Source of the DNA: Bacillales bacterium UBA1719
GTDB taxonomy: Bacteria; Bacillota_I; Bacilli_A; RFN20; CAG-826
Direction: 5' to 3'
Assembly: GCA_002317145.1 (NCBI GenBank)
Contig: DCIT01000054.1
Coordinates: forward strand, 17,322 to 81,321
DNA: 64,000 bases
Under the pieces are notes generated by a model, which had not been told where the DNA came from, did no database searches, and worked only from the letters and a program-made list of their open reading frames with translations. Of the stretch, positions 39,686 through 47,363 are shown piece by piece. A program made the position numbers and the translations under genes. How positions within the stretch are numbered: position 1 is the first letter of the stretch; every line of letters begins with the position of its first letter.

Positions 39686-40588
39686 TTATTTATTGAATTT
39701 AATTGAGCTATCAATTGCAGTTTTAATACCCATCGCAATTGTGTCAGGTTCGACAAAAATTATTTTCTTATCGTAGCCTAATAAAGTAACACCGCCACTA
39801 GTTAACTTCTCATCAATTTGTAAATGGAATGAAGAAATCATGCTTTTAAACATCGCGGAGAAAATCTTATATCCAACGTTTTTATTAATTTGTTTTTTAA
39901 TAAACGAATCATATGTTTCAATTGCACCACGAATGCTTTGAATAGCGGTCTGACATGTTTTAGCATCGCATAATAAAATATCGGTATTAGCAGTGTAGAA
40001 ATCTTTTGGATTTAATATTCCTTCATAGTCTTTATCATTTTTAAATTGATTAATTAAATTGTTGTTTGACTTAGAGGTTAGATATTTAAACTTAGTAGAA
40101 GAGAAGTTGTAGACATCATTTGCATAATCTTTTAATTCTAATAAATAAGAAGATAAATCGTTTTCTGTAGGATTATCGTTAAAACCTAAATCTCCAAAGA
40201 TTGTGCACTTATGTGATTCAAAGTTTGCATAACTTGCTACTAACATTGGAGAACTCTTCTTAACAAAATATTTATCTATATAAGGTTTTAGAGTCTCTAA
40301 TGAATCATATGAAATAAATGATTTATAGTGATCTCTTTTTAACAAAGATAATAGAATTTGAATATTTCTTTCTTTAATATTTTTATATTCAGATTCAATC
40401 TCAATATCATTAGTATCTGTTTGAGCTATCACAATATTCTTGTGTCTATGAATGGTAACAGTATCATTAGAATCTCCAATAACAGTTATCTCATAATCTT
40501 TGTTTTTGCTTAAGAAAATCTTTAACCCAAGAATAGCGTTTTGGTTTTTCTCTTTTAATGCACTTATATCTAATAGTATTTTATTCAT
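39686..40588 (-). CDS. Divergent PlsX-like protein (probable pseudoenzyme)
   Basis: By-eye colinearity with PlsX (ITVIGD; GDLGFNDN compared with DVGANVD; SGGVTLLGY compared with GGA.LLG). The N-terminal DAMGGD-type motif is replaced by DISALKEKN. Confidence 0.45.
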   Translation of the reverse strand: MNKILLDISALKEKNQNAILGLKIFLSKNKDYEITVIGDSNDTVTIHRHKNIVIAQTDTNDIEIESEYKNIKERNIQILLSLLKRDHYKSFISYDSLETLKPYIDKYFVKKSSPMLVASYANFESHKCTIFGDLGFNDNPTENDLSSYLLELKDYANDVYNFSSTKFKYLTSKSNNNLINQFKNDKDYEGILNPKDFYTANTDILLCDAKTCQTAIQSIRGAIETYDSFIKKQINKNVGYKIFSAMFKSMISSFHLQIDEKLTSGGVTLLGYDKKIIFVEPDTIAMGIKTAIDSSIKFNK

Positions 40589-40632
40589 GCTATTAATATA
40601 GTAATAAATTTCAATATTTTTTGTTAAATTTC

Positions 40633-40661
40633 TTGATATTTAACTATCTATAAAGTATTAT
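40633..40661 (+). promoter_or_regulatory. Sigma-A-type promoter of the sugar ABC operon
   Basis: -35 TTGATA (40633-38), 17-nt spacer, -10 TATTAT (40656-61). Confidence 0.45.
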
Positions 40662-40667
40662 ATTAAA

Positions 40668-40681
40668 TGTAACCGCTTACA
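40668..40681. promoter_or_regulatory. cre-like / LacI-family operator TGTAACCGCTTACA
   Basis: Matches the cre consensus TGWAANCGNTNWCA at every specified position. Lies just downstream of the -10. Confidence 0.55.
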
Positions 40682-40699
40682 TATTAAAAGGAGATAATC

Positions 40700-42100
40700 A
40701 TGAAAAAAGGCTTATTATTGATTCCTTTAGCTGGCGCAGTAGCTACTTTTATTGCGCTTGGTGCAATGTCCTCATATCAATGGAAATGGAGTGACACTGG
40801 AAGTAAGAGAAAAATAAACTATTGTTTATTGATTGGTCAAACTGACCATAACGATTCCGCAGCTAGAACTGGTGGAATTCGTGAAGCTTTAAATACAAGA
40901 AGAGCTTCAACTGATCCAGGCTATAACGAACATAACCCAAATGCTGAAACTCCTATTCAAGGGCACCTTGATTTAGAAGTTAAAAGTGGCAAAACAGAAA
41001 CTTTTGAAGTTAACGAAATGAGCTCAAGAGTCTGTGTTAACTACTCCGGCGCAACATGGGATCAAGAAACAGCAGTTACCCAATGTAATACTTGGTACAC
41101 CAAGTACAAAAAAGAAATTACAATGATTATTTCTAATAATGATGGTATGGCGGAAGGAGCAACATTTGCTAATAATAGACCTGATGGTATGCCAATATTT
41201 GGATACGATTCAAACGGTTCTACATTAAACTTAATTAATAAAGGATTAATCGCAGGTACTATTAATAGTAATGCACCTGCTCAAGCATTAATTATGAATG
41301 TTTTGGCATCTAGAATGCTTGACATGATGAATGGAAAACTTTCGGAAAAAGAATACAAGGCTAAATTATTTGCTGGTATGAGTGGTGTTGAATATTCATA
41401 TACCGAAGGAACAAAAACTATCAAAGAAAGCGCGAAAGCAGCGAGTGATGATGCTTATTTAGAAGATGGCAAATTTATTCAAGATTATTTAGGCGAAGGC
41501 GCCTTAAAAATCTCTTATAATGAAGAACAGAAAGCTATTTTAGTTGGTTCAAATATTGTTAATCGAAAAAATATTAAAGATTATTTAAAACTTGATAGCG
41601 CAGCAAACCAATTAGGCGTTCAACCAATGAAGAAAGCTAAAAAGGGATACGATTTTTATCAATGCTGTTATAGTATGACAGATACTTATTTGCAATCAAC
41701 AATGGTACCTTTACTAAAAGTAGCAAGAACTCAATTCGGACTCGATGATCCAAACTGTGGTTCTATTTTCTATGGTAATGGTAATGATGAAGATAAGATT
41801 ATTAATGACATTAATGTTAAAGATAAGAAACAAGCTTATTTAATTAATATGATTAAAACGGAAAATGGTAACAAGTATATTGAAGCTATTAAATCAAAAA
41901 CTGGTACTGATTTCGAACATACTCCAATTATTTTCTATAATAGACAACCTACTAATAAAACAACTGGTGCAGTTGATACTGAACTTATGAAAGCTAACCC
42001 ATATACATTCTATGTTGGATTTGATGCTAAAGCTGGCGCAGAAGAGCAAGGCAAAATGATTGTTGATTGGGTTAAAGACCAAGCTAAGGCAAATGATTAA
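40700..42100 (+). CDS. Sugar ABC transporter substrate-binding protein (membrane-anchored, periplasmic-binding-protein type I)
   Basis: N-terminal TM anchor. MglB/RbsB-like blocks (ISNNDGMAEGA, FGYDSN). First gene of the SBP-ATPase-permease operon. Confidence 0.75.
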   Translation: MKKGLLLIPLAGAVATFIALGAMSSYQWKWSDTGSKRKINYCLLIGQTDHNDSAARTGGIREALNTRRASTDPGYNEHNPNAETPIQGHLDLEVKSGKTETFEVNEMSSRVCVNYSGATWDQETAVTQCNTWYTKYKKEITMIISNNDGMAEGATFANNRPDGMPIFGYDSNGSTLNLINKGLIAGTINSNAPAQALIMNVLASRMLDMMNGKLSEKEYKAKLFAGMSGVEYSYTEGTKTIKESAKAASDDAYLEDGKFIQDYLGEGALKISYNEEQKAILVGSNIVNRKNIKDYLKLDSAANQLGVQPMKKAKKGYDFYQCCYSMTDTYLQSTMVPLLKVARTQFGLDDPNCGSIFYGNGNDEDKIINDINVKDKKQAYLINMIKTENGNKYIEAIKSKTGTDFEHTPIIFYNRQPTNKTTGAVDTELMKANPYTFYVGFDAKAGAEEQGKMIVDWVKDQAKAND

Positions 42101-42112
42101 TGGAGGTAGACA

Positions 42113-43612
42113 ATGAGCAATAAAATATTATTATCAATTAAAAACGTCTCCAAATCATTTGGAACAAACCAAGTTTTAAAAGACGTTAGTTTTAATATTA
42201 AAGAAGGCCATGTATGTGGATTCATGGGCGAGAATGGTGCAGGAAAATCCACATTAATGAAATGCTTATTCGGAATGTATTCTGTTAGTAGTGGATCATT
42301 TGAATTATTAGGAAAAGAAATTTCATTTAAAAATTCTAAAGAAGCGTTAGAGAATGGTATCGCAATGGTTCACCAAGAATTAAATCAATGCTTAGATAGA
42401 ACTGTCGCAGATAACTTATTCTTAGGTAGATACATTGCTTTTAATGGAATTGTTAATGACAAAATAATGCAAGAGAAGGCATTATTGTTATTACAAAAGA
42501 ATGGATTATATGGAATTAATCCTACTGATAAAATGAGAAACTTATCAGTTTCAAAAAGACAGATGGTAGAAATAGCTAAAGCTATTAGCTATGATGCAAA
42601 ATTAATTGTTCTTGATGAACCAACATCTTCTTTATCAGAAAAAGAAACTGAAATGTTATACAAGATGATTGAAAGATTAAAGAACCAAGGAATCAGTTTT
42701 GTCTTTATTTCTCATAAGATGGATGAAATCTTTAGAATTTGTGATGATATCGTTGTCCTTAGAGATGGTGTTGTTACAATGAATCAAGAAATTAAGAAAA
42801 CAAGTCTTGATGATATTGTTAAAGCAATGGTCGGTAGATCATTATCTTCTCGTTTCCCACCTTTAACAAATAAACCAGGACCAGTTGTCTTAGATGTTAA
42901 AAGATTAGAGACTAAATTTAATCCTCAATTAAAAGATGTAACATTCCAATTACATGCAGGTGAAATATTAGGTATCTATGGCTTAGTCGGAAGTGGTAGA
43001 ACTCGTTTACTCAATTCTTTATTTGGAATGATGAGTTTATCTGAATCTCAAGTTTATTATAAGGGAGAAAGAATTTTATTTAAGTCTCCTAAAGAAGCGA
43101 TGGATTATGGATTTGCTTATATTACAGAAGAAAGAAAAGTAACTGGAATGTTCCCAAAAGAAACATTATTATTTAACACCGCAATTACAAACTTAGATAA
43201 AGCTCATAATGGTTTAGTTGTTGATAAACGCAAGATGAGAGAAATGACTGATAAGCATATCAAAGGTTTAAAAGTTAAATGTCAAAACAAGAAAGATAAA
43301 ATTGGATCCTTATCTGGTGGTAATCAACAAAAAATTATTATTGGTAAATGGCTTGAAAGAATGCCAGATGTATTCTTAATGGACGAACCAACTCGTGGTA
43401 TTGATATTGTTGCTAAATATCAAATTTATGAATTAATGATTAAATTAGCCATGATGGGTAAATCAATCATTATATGTTCATCAGAAATGCCTGAAATATT
43501 AGGTGTCACTAATAGAGTTATGGTTATGAGTAATCGTCATTTAGCAGGTATCTTAGATACTGAAAAGGCTACTCAAGAAAAGATCATGCAATTATGTTCT
43601 AAATATATTTAA
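42113..43612 (+). CDS. Sugar ABC transporter ATP-binding protein (duplicated NBD, MglA/RbsA type)
   Basis: Two ABC cassettes: GENGAGKST...LDEPTS, and LSGGNQQK...MDEPTRGID. Confidence 0.92.
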   Translation: MSNKILLSIKNVSKSFGTNQVLKDVSFNIKEGHVCGFMGENGAGKSTLMKCLFGMYSVSSGSFELLGKEISFKNSKEALENGIAMVHQELNQCLDRTVADNLFLGRYIAFNGIVNDKIMQEKALLLLQKNGLYGINPTDKMRNLSVSKRQMVEIAKAISYDAKLIVLDEPTSSLSEKETEMLYKMIERLKNQGISFVFISHKMDEIFRICDDIVVLRDGVVTMNQEIKKTSLDDIVKAMVGRSLSSRFPPLTNKPGPVVLDVKRLETKFNPQLKDVTFQLHAGEILGIYGLVGSGRTRLLNSLFGMMSLSESQVYYKGERILFKSPKEAMDYGFAYITEERKVTGMFPKETLLFNTAITNLDKAHNGLVVDKRKMREMTDKHIKGLKVKCQNKKDKIGSLSGGNQQKIIIGKWLERMPDVFLMDEPTRGIDIVAKYQIYELMIKLAMMGKSIIICSSEMPEILGVTNRVMVMSNRHLAGILDTEKATQEKIMQLCSKYI

Positions 43613-43623
43613 GGAGAATAAAT

Positions 43624-45306
43624 ATGAAGAAAAATGTCGCAAAGAAAGCAACTAAGAAAACAGTAGTGGTTGAGAAAAAGAAAACTCCTACAACTGCCTA
43701 TGAGAAAGCAGTCGCTCTTTATGAAGGTAAAGAATATCAAGATGCTTTAAAACAATTAGACGCTCTTAGAAAAGAAGGTGCTTGGAAAATCTTAAGAATT
43801 AAAGATGAAAACATTAACGTTAAGATTAATAAGCAATTAAATAAACAAGCTAAGAAAAAACTTCTTGATATGAACAATGAGGAAATGGCTGCTGCGAAAG
43901 GTGTTGCTAATCAAAACAAAGAACGCATTAATGATATTGTAAATGTCATTGCTGCTAAATCTAAAGCTGAGTTCACTCCAATTTATGAACAAGCATGTGA
44001 AGAAAAGAAGAACGCAATAGAAGCTGCAAAGAAAGAATATGCTGAAGCAGTTGCTAAAGCAAAAGAAGAACATCATAAAGATTTAGAAAAGATTAAATCT
44101 TCATCTTCTAAAGATAAAAAGATCGAATTAAAAGCTGCGAAAATTTCTTATGCTTCAAAAATTAATGCTGCTAACAATGCAAAGTTTGCCGCTATTGATA
44201 AAGCAAAAGAAGAAAAATATTTAACTTATCAAACAAGTTATGAATATTTATCTAAATTACGTTTAAATAAACACACTCAAGGTGAGTCAACTAAGTACGG
44301 CATTGAAACTTATGTTCGCAACTTCAACTTAGTGAACTGGTTAACAAAGAATGCTTTATTATTAATAGTCTTAACATTCTTCTTAATCTTACTCATTGTA
44401 TCTAAAGGTAAGATTTTAGCTCCAGATTTTGTCTTAACATCATTATCACAAATCGCTCCTAAGATATTCTTCGCCCTAGGTGTTGCGGGATTAATCTTAC
44501 TTGGCGGTACCGACTTATCGATTGGTCGATTAACGGCAGTTGGCGCATCCTTTACCTTAATGATATTAACAATGGGTAAAGCTAATGACTTATCATGGTT
44601 CAAGTTCATGATAAATGTTCCATTAGGTGGTAAAGTAGTGGTTGCTATCTTATTCTCAGTATTTATATGTACACTCTTTACATTTATTTCTGGTTTCTTT
44701 ACTGCGAAATTTAAAATGCATCCATTCATTTCTACATTAGCAGTTCAATTAATTGTCTATGGTTTCTTCCAAGCGTTCTTTAGCTCAGTTGCAGCTTTTA
44801 CAATTGATCCAGATGTTCAACTAAAACTTGGTGGTTCTAATGGATGGTTATTAGTAATATATGCTATCGTTGCAATTGCAGTTGTTTGGTTTATTTGGAA
44901 CAAAACTAAATTTGGTAAACACTTATATGCTGTTGGTGGTAACCCAGAAGCCGCAGCTGTCTCTGGTATTAACCCAATGAAGATTACAATCTTAGCCTTC
45001 GTTATGGCTGGTGTTCTTTATGGATTAGGTGGATTCGTCCAAGCTATCCAAGGTGGATCTGCAAACTTTAACTCTTATAATGGAACTGAAACCGATGCTA
45101 TCGCAGCATGCGTTATCGGTGGTGTATCCTTCTCTGGTGGCGTTGGTACCATCGGTGGTGTTGTTGGTGGAACAATCATCCTAGGATTCTTAACATCATG
45201 CTTCTCATATCTTGAACTTGATGCGAATATTCAATTCGTTATTAAAGGTATTATCATCTTAACCGCTGTTACTCTTGACTGTATTAAATACATTCGTAAG
45301 AAGTAA
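43624..45306 (+). CDS. Sugar ABC transporter permease (RbsC/MglC type) with a roughly 235-aa Lys/Ala-rich N-terminal extension
   Basis: The C-terminal 320 aa form a typical BPD_transp_2 permease (YAVGGNPEAAAVSGI). The N-terminus is a K/A/E-rich, predicted helical region. Confidence 0.85.
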   Translation: MKKNVAKKATKKTVVVEKKKTPTTAYEKAVALYEGKEYQDALKQLDALRKEGAWKILRIKDENINVKINKQLNKQAKKKLLDMNNEEMAAAKGVANQNKERINDIVNVIAAKSKAEFTPIYEQACEEKKNAIEAAKKEYAEAVAKAKEEHHKDLEKIKSSSSKDKKIELKAAKISYASKINAANNAKFAAIDKAKEEKYLTYQTSYEYLSKLRLNKHTQGESTKYGIETYVRNFNLVNWLTKNALLLIVLTFFLILLIVSKGKILAPDFVLTSLSQIAPKIFFALGVAGLILLGGTDLSIGRLTAVGASFTLMILTMGKANDLSWFKFMINVPLGGKVVVAILFSVFICTLFTFISGFFTAKFKMHPFISTLAVQLIVYGFFQAFFSSVAAFTIDPDVQLKLGGSNGWLLVIYAIVAIAVVWFIWNKTKFGKHLYAVGGNPEAAAVSGINPMKITILAFVMAGVLYGLGGFVQAIQGGSANFNSYNGTETDAIAACVIGGVSFSGGVGTIGGVVGGTIILGFLTSCFSYLELDANIQFVIKGIIILTAVTLDCIKYIRKK

Positions 45307-45324
45307 TTATTTAACTAAATTATT

Positions 45325-45352
45325 AAAGGGATGTCTCGTGCATCCCTTTTTA
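45325..45352 (+). terminator. Rho-independent terminator after the sugar ABC operon
   Basis: AAAGGGATG(45325-33)/CATCCCTTT(45341-49), then a T-run. Confidence 0.8.
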
Positions 45353-45372
45353 ATTTCATATATAATATTTAC

Positions 45373-45891
45373 ATGAAAAAATTGAAGTTATTATCCTTAT
45401 TATTATTTGCTCCATTCTTTGGTTTAACTGCCTGTAATAAAGAAGAACCTTATAAAAATATTGTTAAAGATAGTACTCAATTAATTGCTAAAAATAGTGT
45501 TACTGAATATAAGTCTGGTACTACTTTAGATGTTACTAAAATTGAAGTAACTTTTAATGGTAACAAAGTTGATTATGAAGGTAGCGAAGATAACCCTGTA
45601 GTAGGAAAATTCTTTATTACTAAATCTAATATATCTCCAACTAGAAATAGAGTAAAACAAGGAAGTCTCCAACTTAAAATATCTGAGGAAAAGAAAGAGC
45701 AAATATTTTATGTAGCATTATTAACTGGTACTGGCGTTTATGATCCTGTTCATGTATCTAGCGAATTAAAAGTTTTAATTACTAATGATAAGGGTATGAA
45801 AACCTGGGTATATTGGGTTGTTGGTCCGACAGTTATTGTTGGAGCATCTTTACTAGTATTTTTAACTAAAAAATATAAAGATAAACATTAA
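45373..45891 (+). CDS. Putative lipoprotein with C-terminal TM anchor, function unknown
   Basis: MKKLKLLSLLLFAPFFGLTAC lipobox. TATAAT (45361-66) lies 6 nt before the ATG. The ORF-track start at 45331 lies inside the terminator. Confidence 0.6.
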   Translation: MKKLKLLSLLLFAPFFGLTACNKEEPYKNIVKDSTQLIAKNSVTEYKSGTTLDVTKIEVTFNGNKVDYEGSEDNPVVGKFFITKSNISPTRNRVKQGSLQLKISEEKKEQIFYVALLTGTGVYDPVHVSSELKVLITNDKGMKTWVYWVVGPTVIVGASLLVFLTKKYKDKH

Positions 45892-46004
45892 AAATATAAT
45901 TAAATCATCGTGTGCACCATAGATAGTTTTTCTTGTGTTAAAATAAAATAGTTCGTTTCCTAAATATCGTATAAATTCTTGTTTGTTCGAACGTTATTTT
46001 TAAT

Positions 46005-46496
46005 ATGGAAATCGTTGAAATCAAAAAAGAATACATTGATGAATTAAGAAAAAGTTTTTCGCATGTAATGATTAATAAAGGTGAATTTAGCATACATTCA
46101 AGGAAGTATATCGGAATAATTCTAAGTATTAAAAAATATAATTATTACGCACCTTTTTCTTCTCCAAAATTTTACGATTATTATAATTGTGGAATTCCAA
46201 AAGAAAGTTCTAAGTATGTTATTAGAATGACAGAATTAGATGGTGGGTATAAAAAAATATTAGGCAAGATTGTTTTAAATTGCATGATTCCTGTTCCACA
46301 AAAATATGTTGTTAAATTTAACATTAATAAAATATACGATAAACAATATAGAGATTTACTTATATCTGAATATATATGGATTAACAAAAATAAAAGTCTT
46401 ATAAAACAATATGCAAAAATAGTATATAAATCTAATGATAAAATCGTTTTGCCGTTTAGAAAAATTGAAAAATATATTAATAAAAAATACTTATAG
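46005..46496 (+). CDS. ToxN/AbiQ-family type III toxin-antitoxin toxin (endoribonuclease-like)
   Basis: By-eye match to ToxN/AbiQ blocks: KEYIDELRK; RKYIGIILSIKKYNYYAPFSSPK; VLNCMIPVP; YRDLLISEYIWINKNKSLI. Size of 163 aa is typical. Confidence 0.75.
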   Translation: MEIVEIKKEYIDELRKSFSHVMINKGEFSIHSRKYIGIILSIKKYNYYAPFSSPKFYDYYNCGIPKESSKYVIRMTELDGGYKKILGKIVLNCMIPVPQKYVVKFNINKIYDKQYRDLLISEYIWINKNKSLIKQYAKIVYKSNDKIVLPFRKIEKYINKKYL

Positions 46497-46539
46497 ATAT
46501 TTATTGCTAATTTATTTATATTATGAAATAATAACTATA

Positions 46540-46618
46540 CCGAAAGGTCAGTGATCCTCAGCTGTAAATGCGGGAAGCTTAATAAAGGTGTGCTCCGCCG
46601 AAATGGAGCTTTTCTTTT
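46540..46618 (+). ncRNA. Unclassified GC-richer element ending in an intrinsic terminator (candidate small RNA or toxN 3' UTR)
   Basis: CCGAAAGGTCAGTGATCCTCAGCTG...GGGAAGC..., then stem GCTCC(46592-96)/GGAGC(46605-09) followed by TTTTCTTTT. Confidence 0.25.
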
Positions 46619-46694
46619 GTAACAATTTATTGCATAAAAAATAACTATGTTATATATTATTAAGGCACGCTTTTAAGTAGTGCGTTATTTTTAT

Positions 46695-46771
46695 GGGCCT
46701 TTAGCTCAGCTGGTTAGAGCGTACCCCTGATAAGGGTAAGGTCGATAGTTCAAGTCTATTAAGGCCCACCA
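46695..46771 (+). tRNA. tRNA-Ile (anticodon GAU), CCA encoded
   Basis: Hand-folded cloverleaf with acceptor GGGCCTT/AAGGCCC, anticodon loop CTGATAA and T-loop TTCAAGT. Confidence 0.9.
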
Positions 46772-46797
46772 TTTAAAAATAATAGTCAACTGAACTT

Positions 46798-46873
46798 GGG
46801 CACATAGCTCAGTTGGGAGAGCGTTTCCTTCACACGGAAGAGGTCGTAGGTTCGATCCCTACTGCGCCCACCA
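46798..46873 (+). tRNA. tRNA-Val (anticodon CAC), CCA encoded
   Basis: Hand-folded cloverleaf with anticodon loop TTCACAC and T-arm GTAGG-TTCGATC-CCTAC. There is one A5:C68 mismatch in the acceptor stem. Confidence 0.85.
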
Positions 46874-46877
46874 TATT

Positions 46878-46953
46878 GCCGACTTAGCTCAATTGGTAGA
46901 GCAACTGATTTGTAATCAGTAGGTTGAAGGTTCGAGTCCCTTAGTCGGCACCA
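46878..46953 (+). tRNA. tRNA-Thr (anticodon UGU), CCA encoded
   Basis: Acceptor GCCGACT/AGTCGGC, anticodon stem ACTGA/TCAGT with loop TTTGTAA, T-loop TTCGAGT. Confidence 0.9.
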
Positions 46954-46970
46954 AAATTTATATTTTATTA

Positions 46971-46993
46971 AGAGCTAAAAATAGCTCTTTTTT
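46971..46993 (+). terminator. Rho-independent terminator after the tRNA cluster
   Basis: AGAGCTA(46971-77)-AAAA-TAGCTCT(46982-88), then a T-run. Confidence 0.8.
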
Positions 46994-47027
46994 ATTTGCA
47001 CAAAAATATAAATTTATATATAAATCA

Positions 47028-47057
47028 TTGATTTATTTATAAAAAATTAGATATAAT
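47028..47057 (+). promoter_or_regulatory. Promoter of the STAS-phosphatase operon; predicted leaderless mRNA
   Basis: -35 TTGATT (47028-33), 18-nt spacer, -10 TATAAT (47052-57). The ATG at 47064 is only 6 nt downstream, with no Shine-Dalgarno. Confidence 0.45.
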
Positions 47058-47063
47058 TTAAAC

Positions 47064-47363
47064 ATGGAAATTAATATTAAAGAAAAAACTGAGGGGTTTT
47101 TAGTCGAACTTTCCGGTAGATTAGATTCTAGCACTTCAGGTGCTTTAGAAACTAAATTAACAGGACTTGTTAATAAAAAGAAAAACGTCGTTTTAGATTT
47201 TAAACGTGTTGAATATGTATCAAGTGCTGCATTAAGAGCTTTGTTAACTATTCAAAAAAGCTTAAAAGCTTCTAATAATGCTCTTTCTGCTATTAATGCG
47301 AATGAAGTTGTTAAAGAAGTTTTTGATATTACAGGATTTTCTTCGATAATCGAAATTAAATAA
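47064..47363 (+). CDS. STAS-domain anti-sigma-factor antagonist (SpoIIAA/RsbV-like)
   Basis: 99 aa. ...VVLDFKRVEYVSSAALRALL... carries the conserved phosphorylatable Ser context. Confidence 0.88.
   Translation: MEINIKEKTEGFLVELSGRLDSSTSGALETKLTGLVNKKKNVVLDFKRVEYVSSAALRALLTIQKSLKASNNALSAINANEVVKEVFDITGFSSIIEIK

Noticed and set aside
44310-44729. 139-aa minus-strand ORF inside the sugar ABC permease gene
   Set aside because: It is antisense to the conserved TM region of the permease. Shadow ORF.
45921-46004. Possible roughly 27-nt periodic repeats (ATAGTTTTTCTTGTGTTAAAATAAA / ATAGTTCGTTTCCTAAATATCG...) as a ToxI-like array
   Set aside because: After the shared ATAGTT the units do not align. 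The similarity is too weak to annotate as a repeat feature. It is mentioned only as context in the toxN finding.
46530-46648. 9-nt direct repeat AATAACTAT (46530-46538 and 46640-46648) flanking the GC-richer element, considered as a target-site duplication of a small insertion (MITE-like)
   Set aside because: The segment between the repeats has no terminal inverted repeats. A 9-mer made of A/T plus one C recurs easily by chance in such AT-rich spacers.
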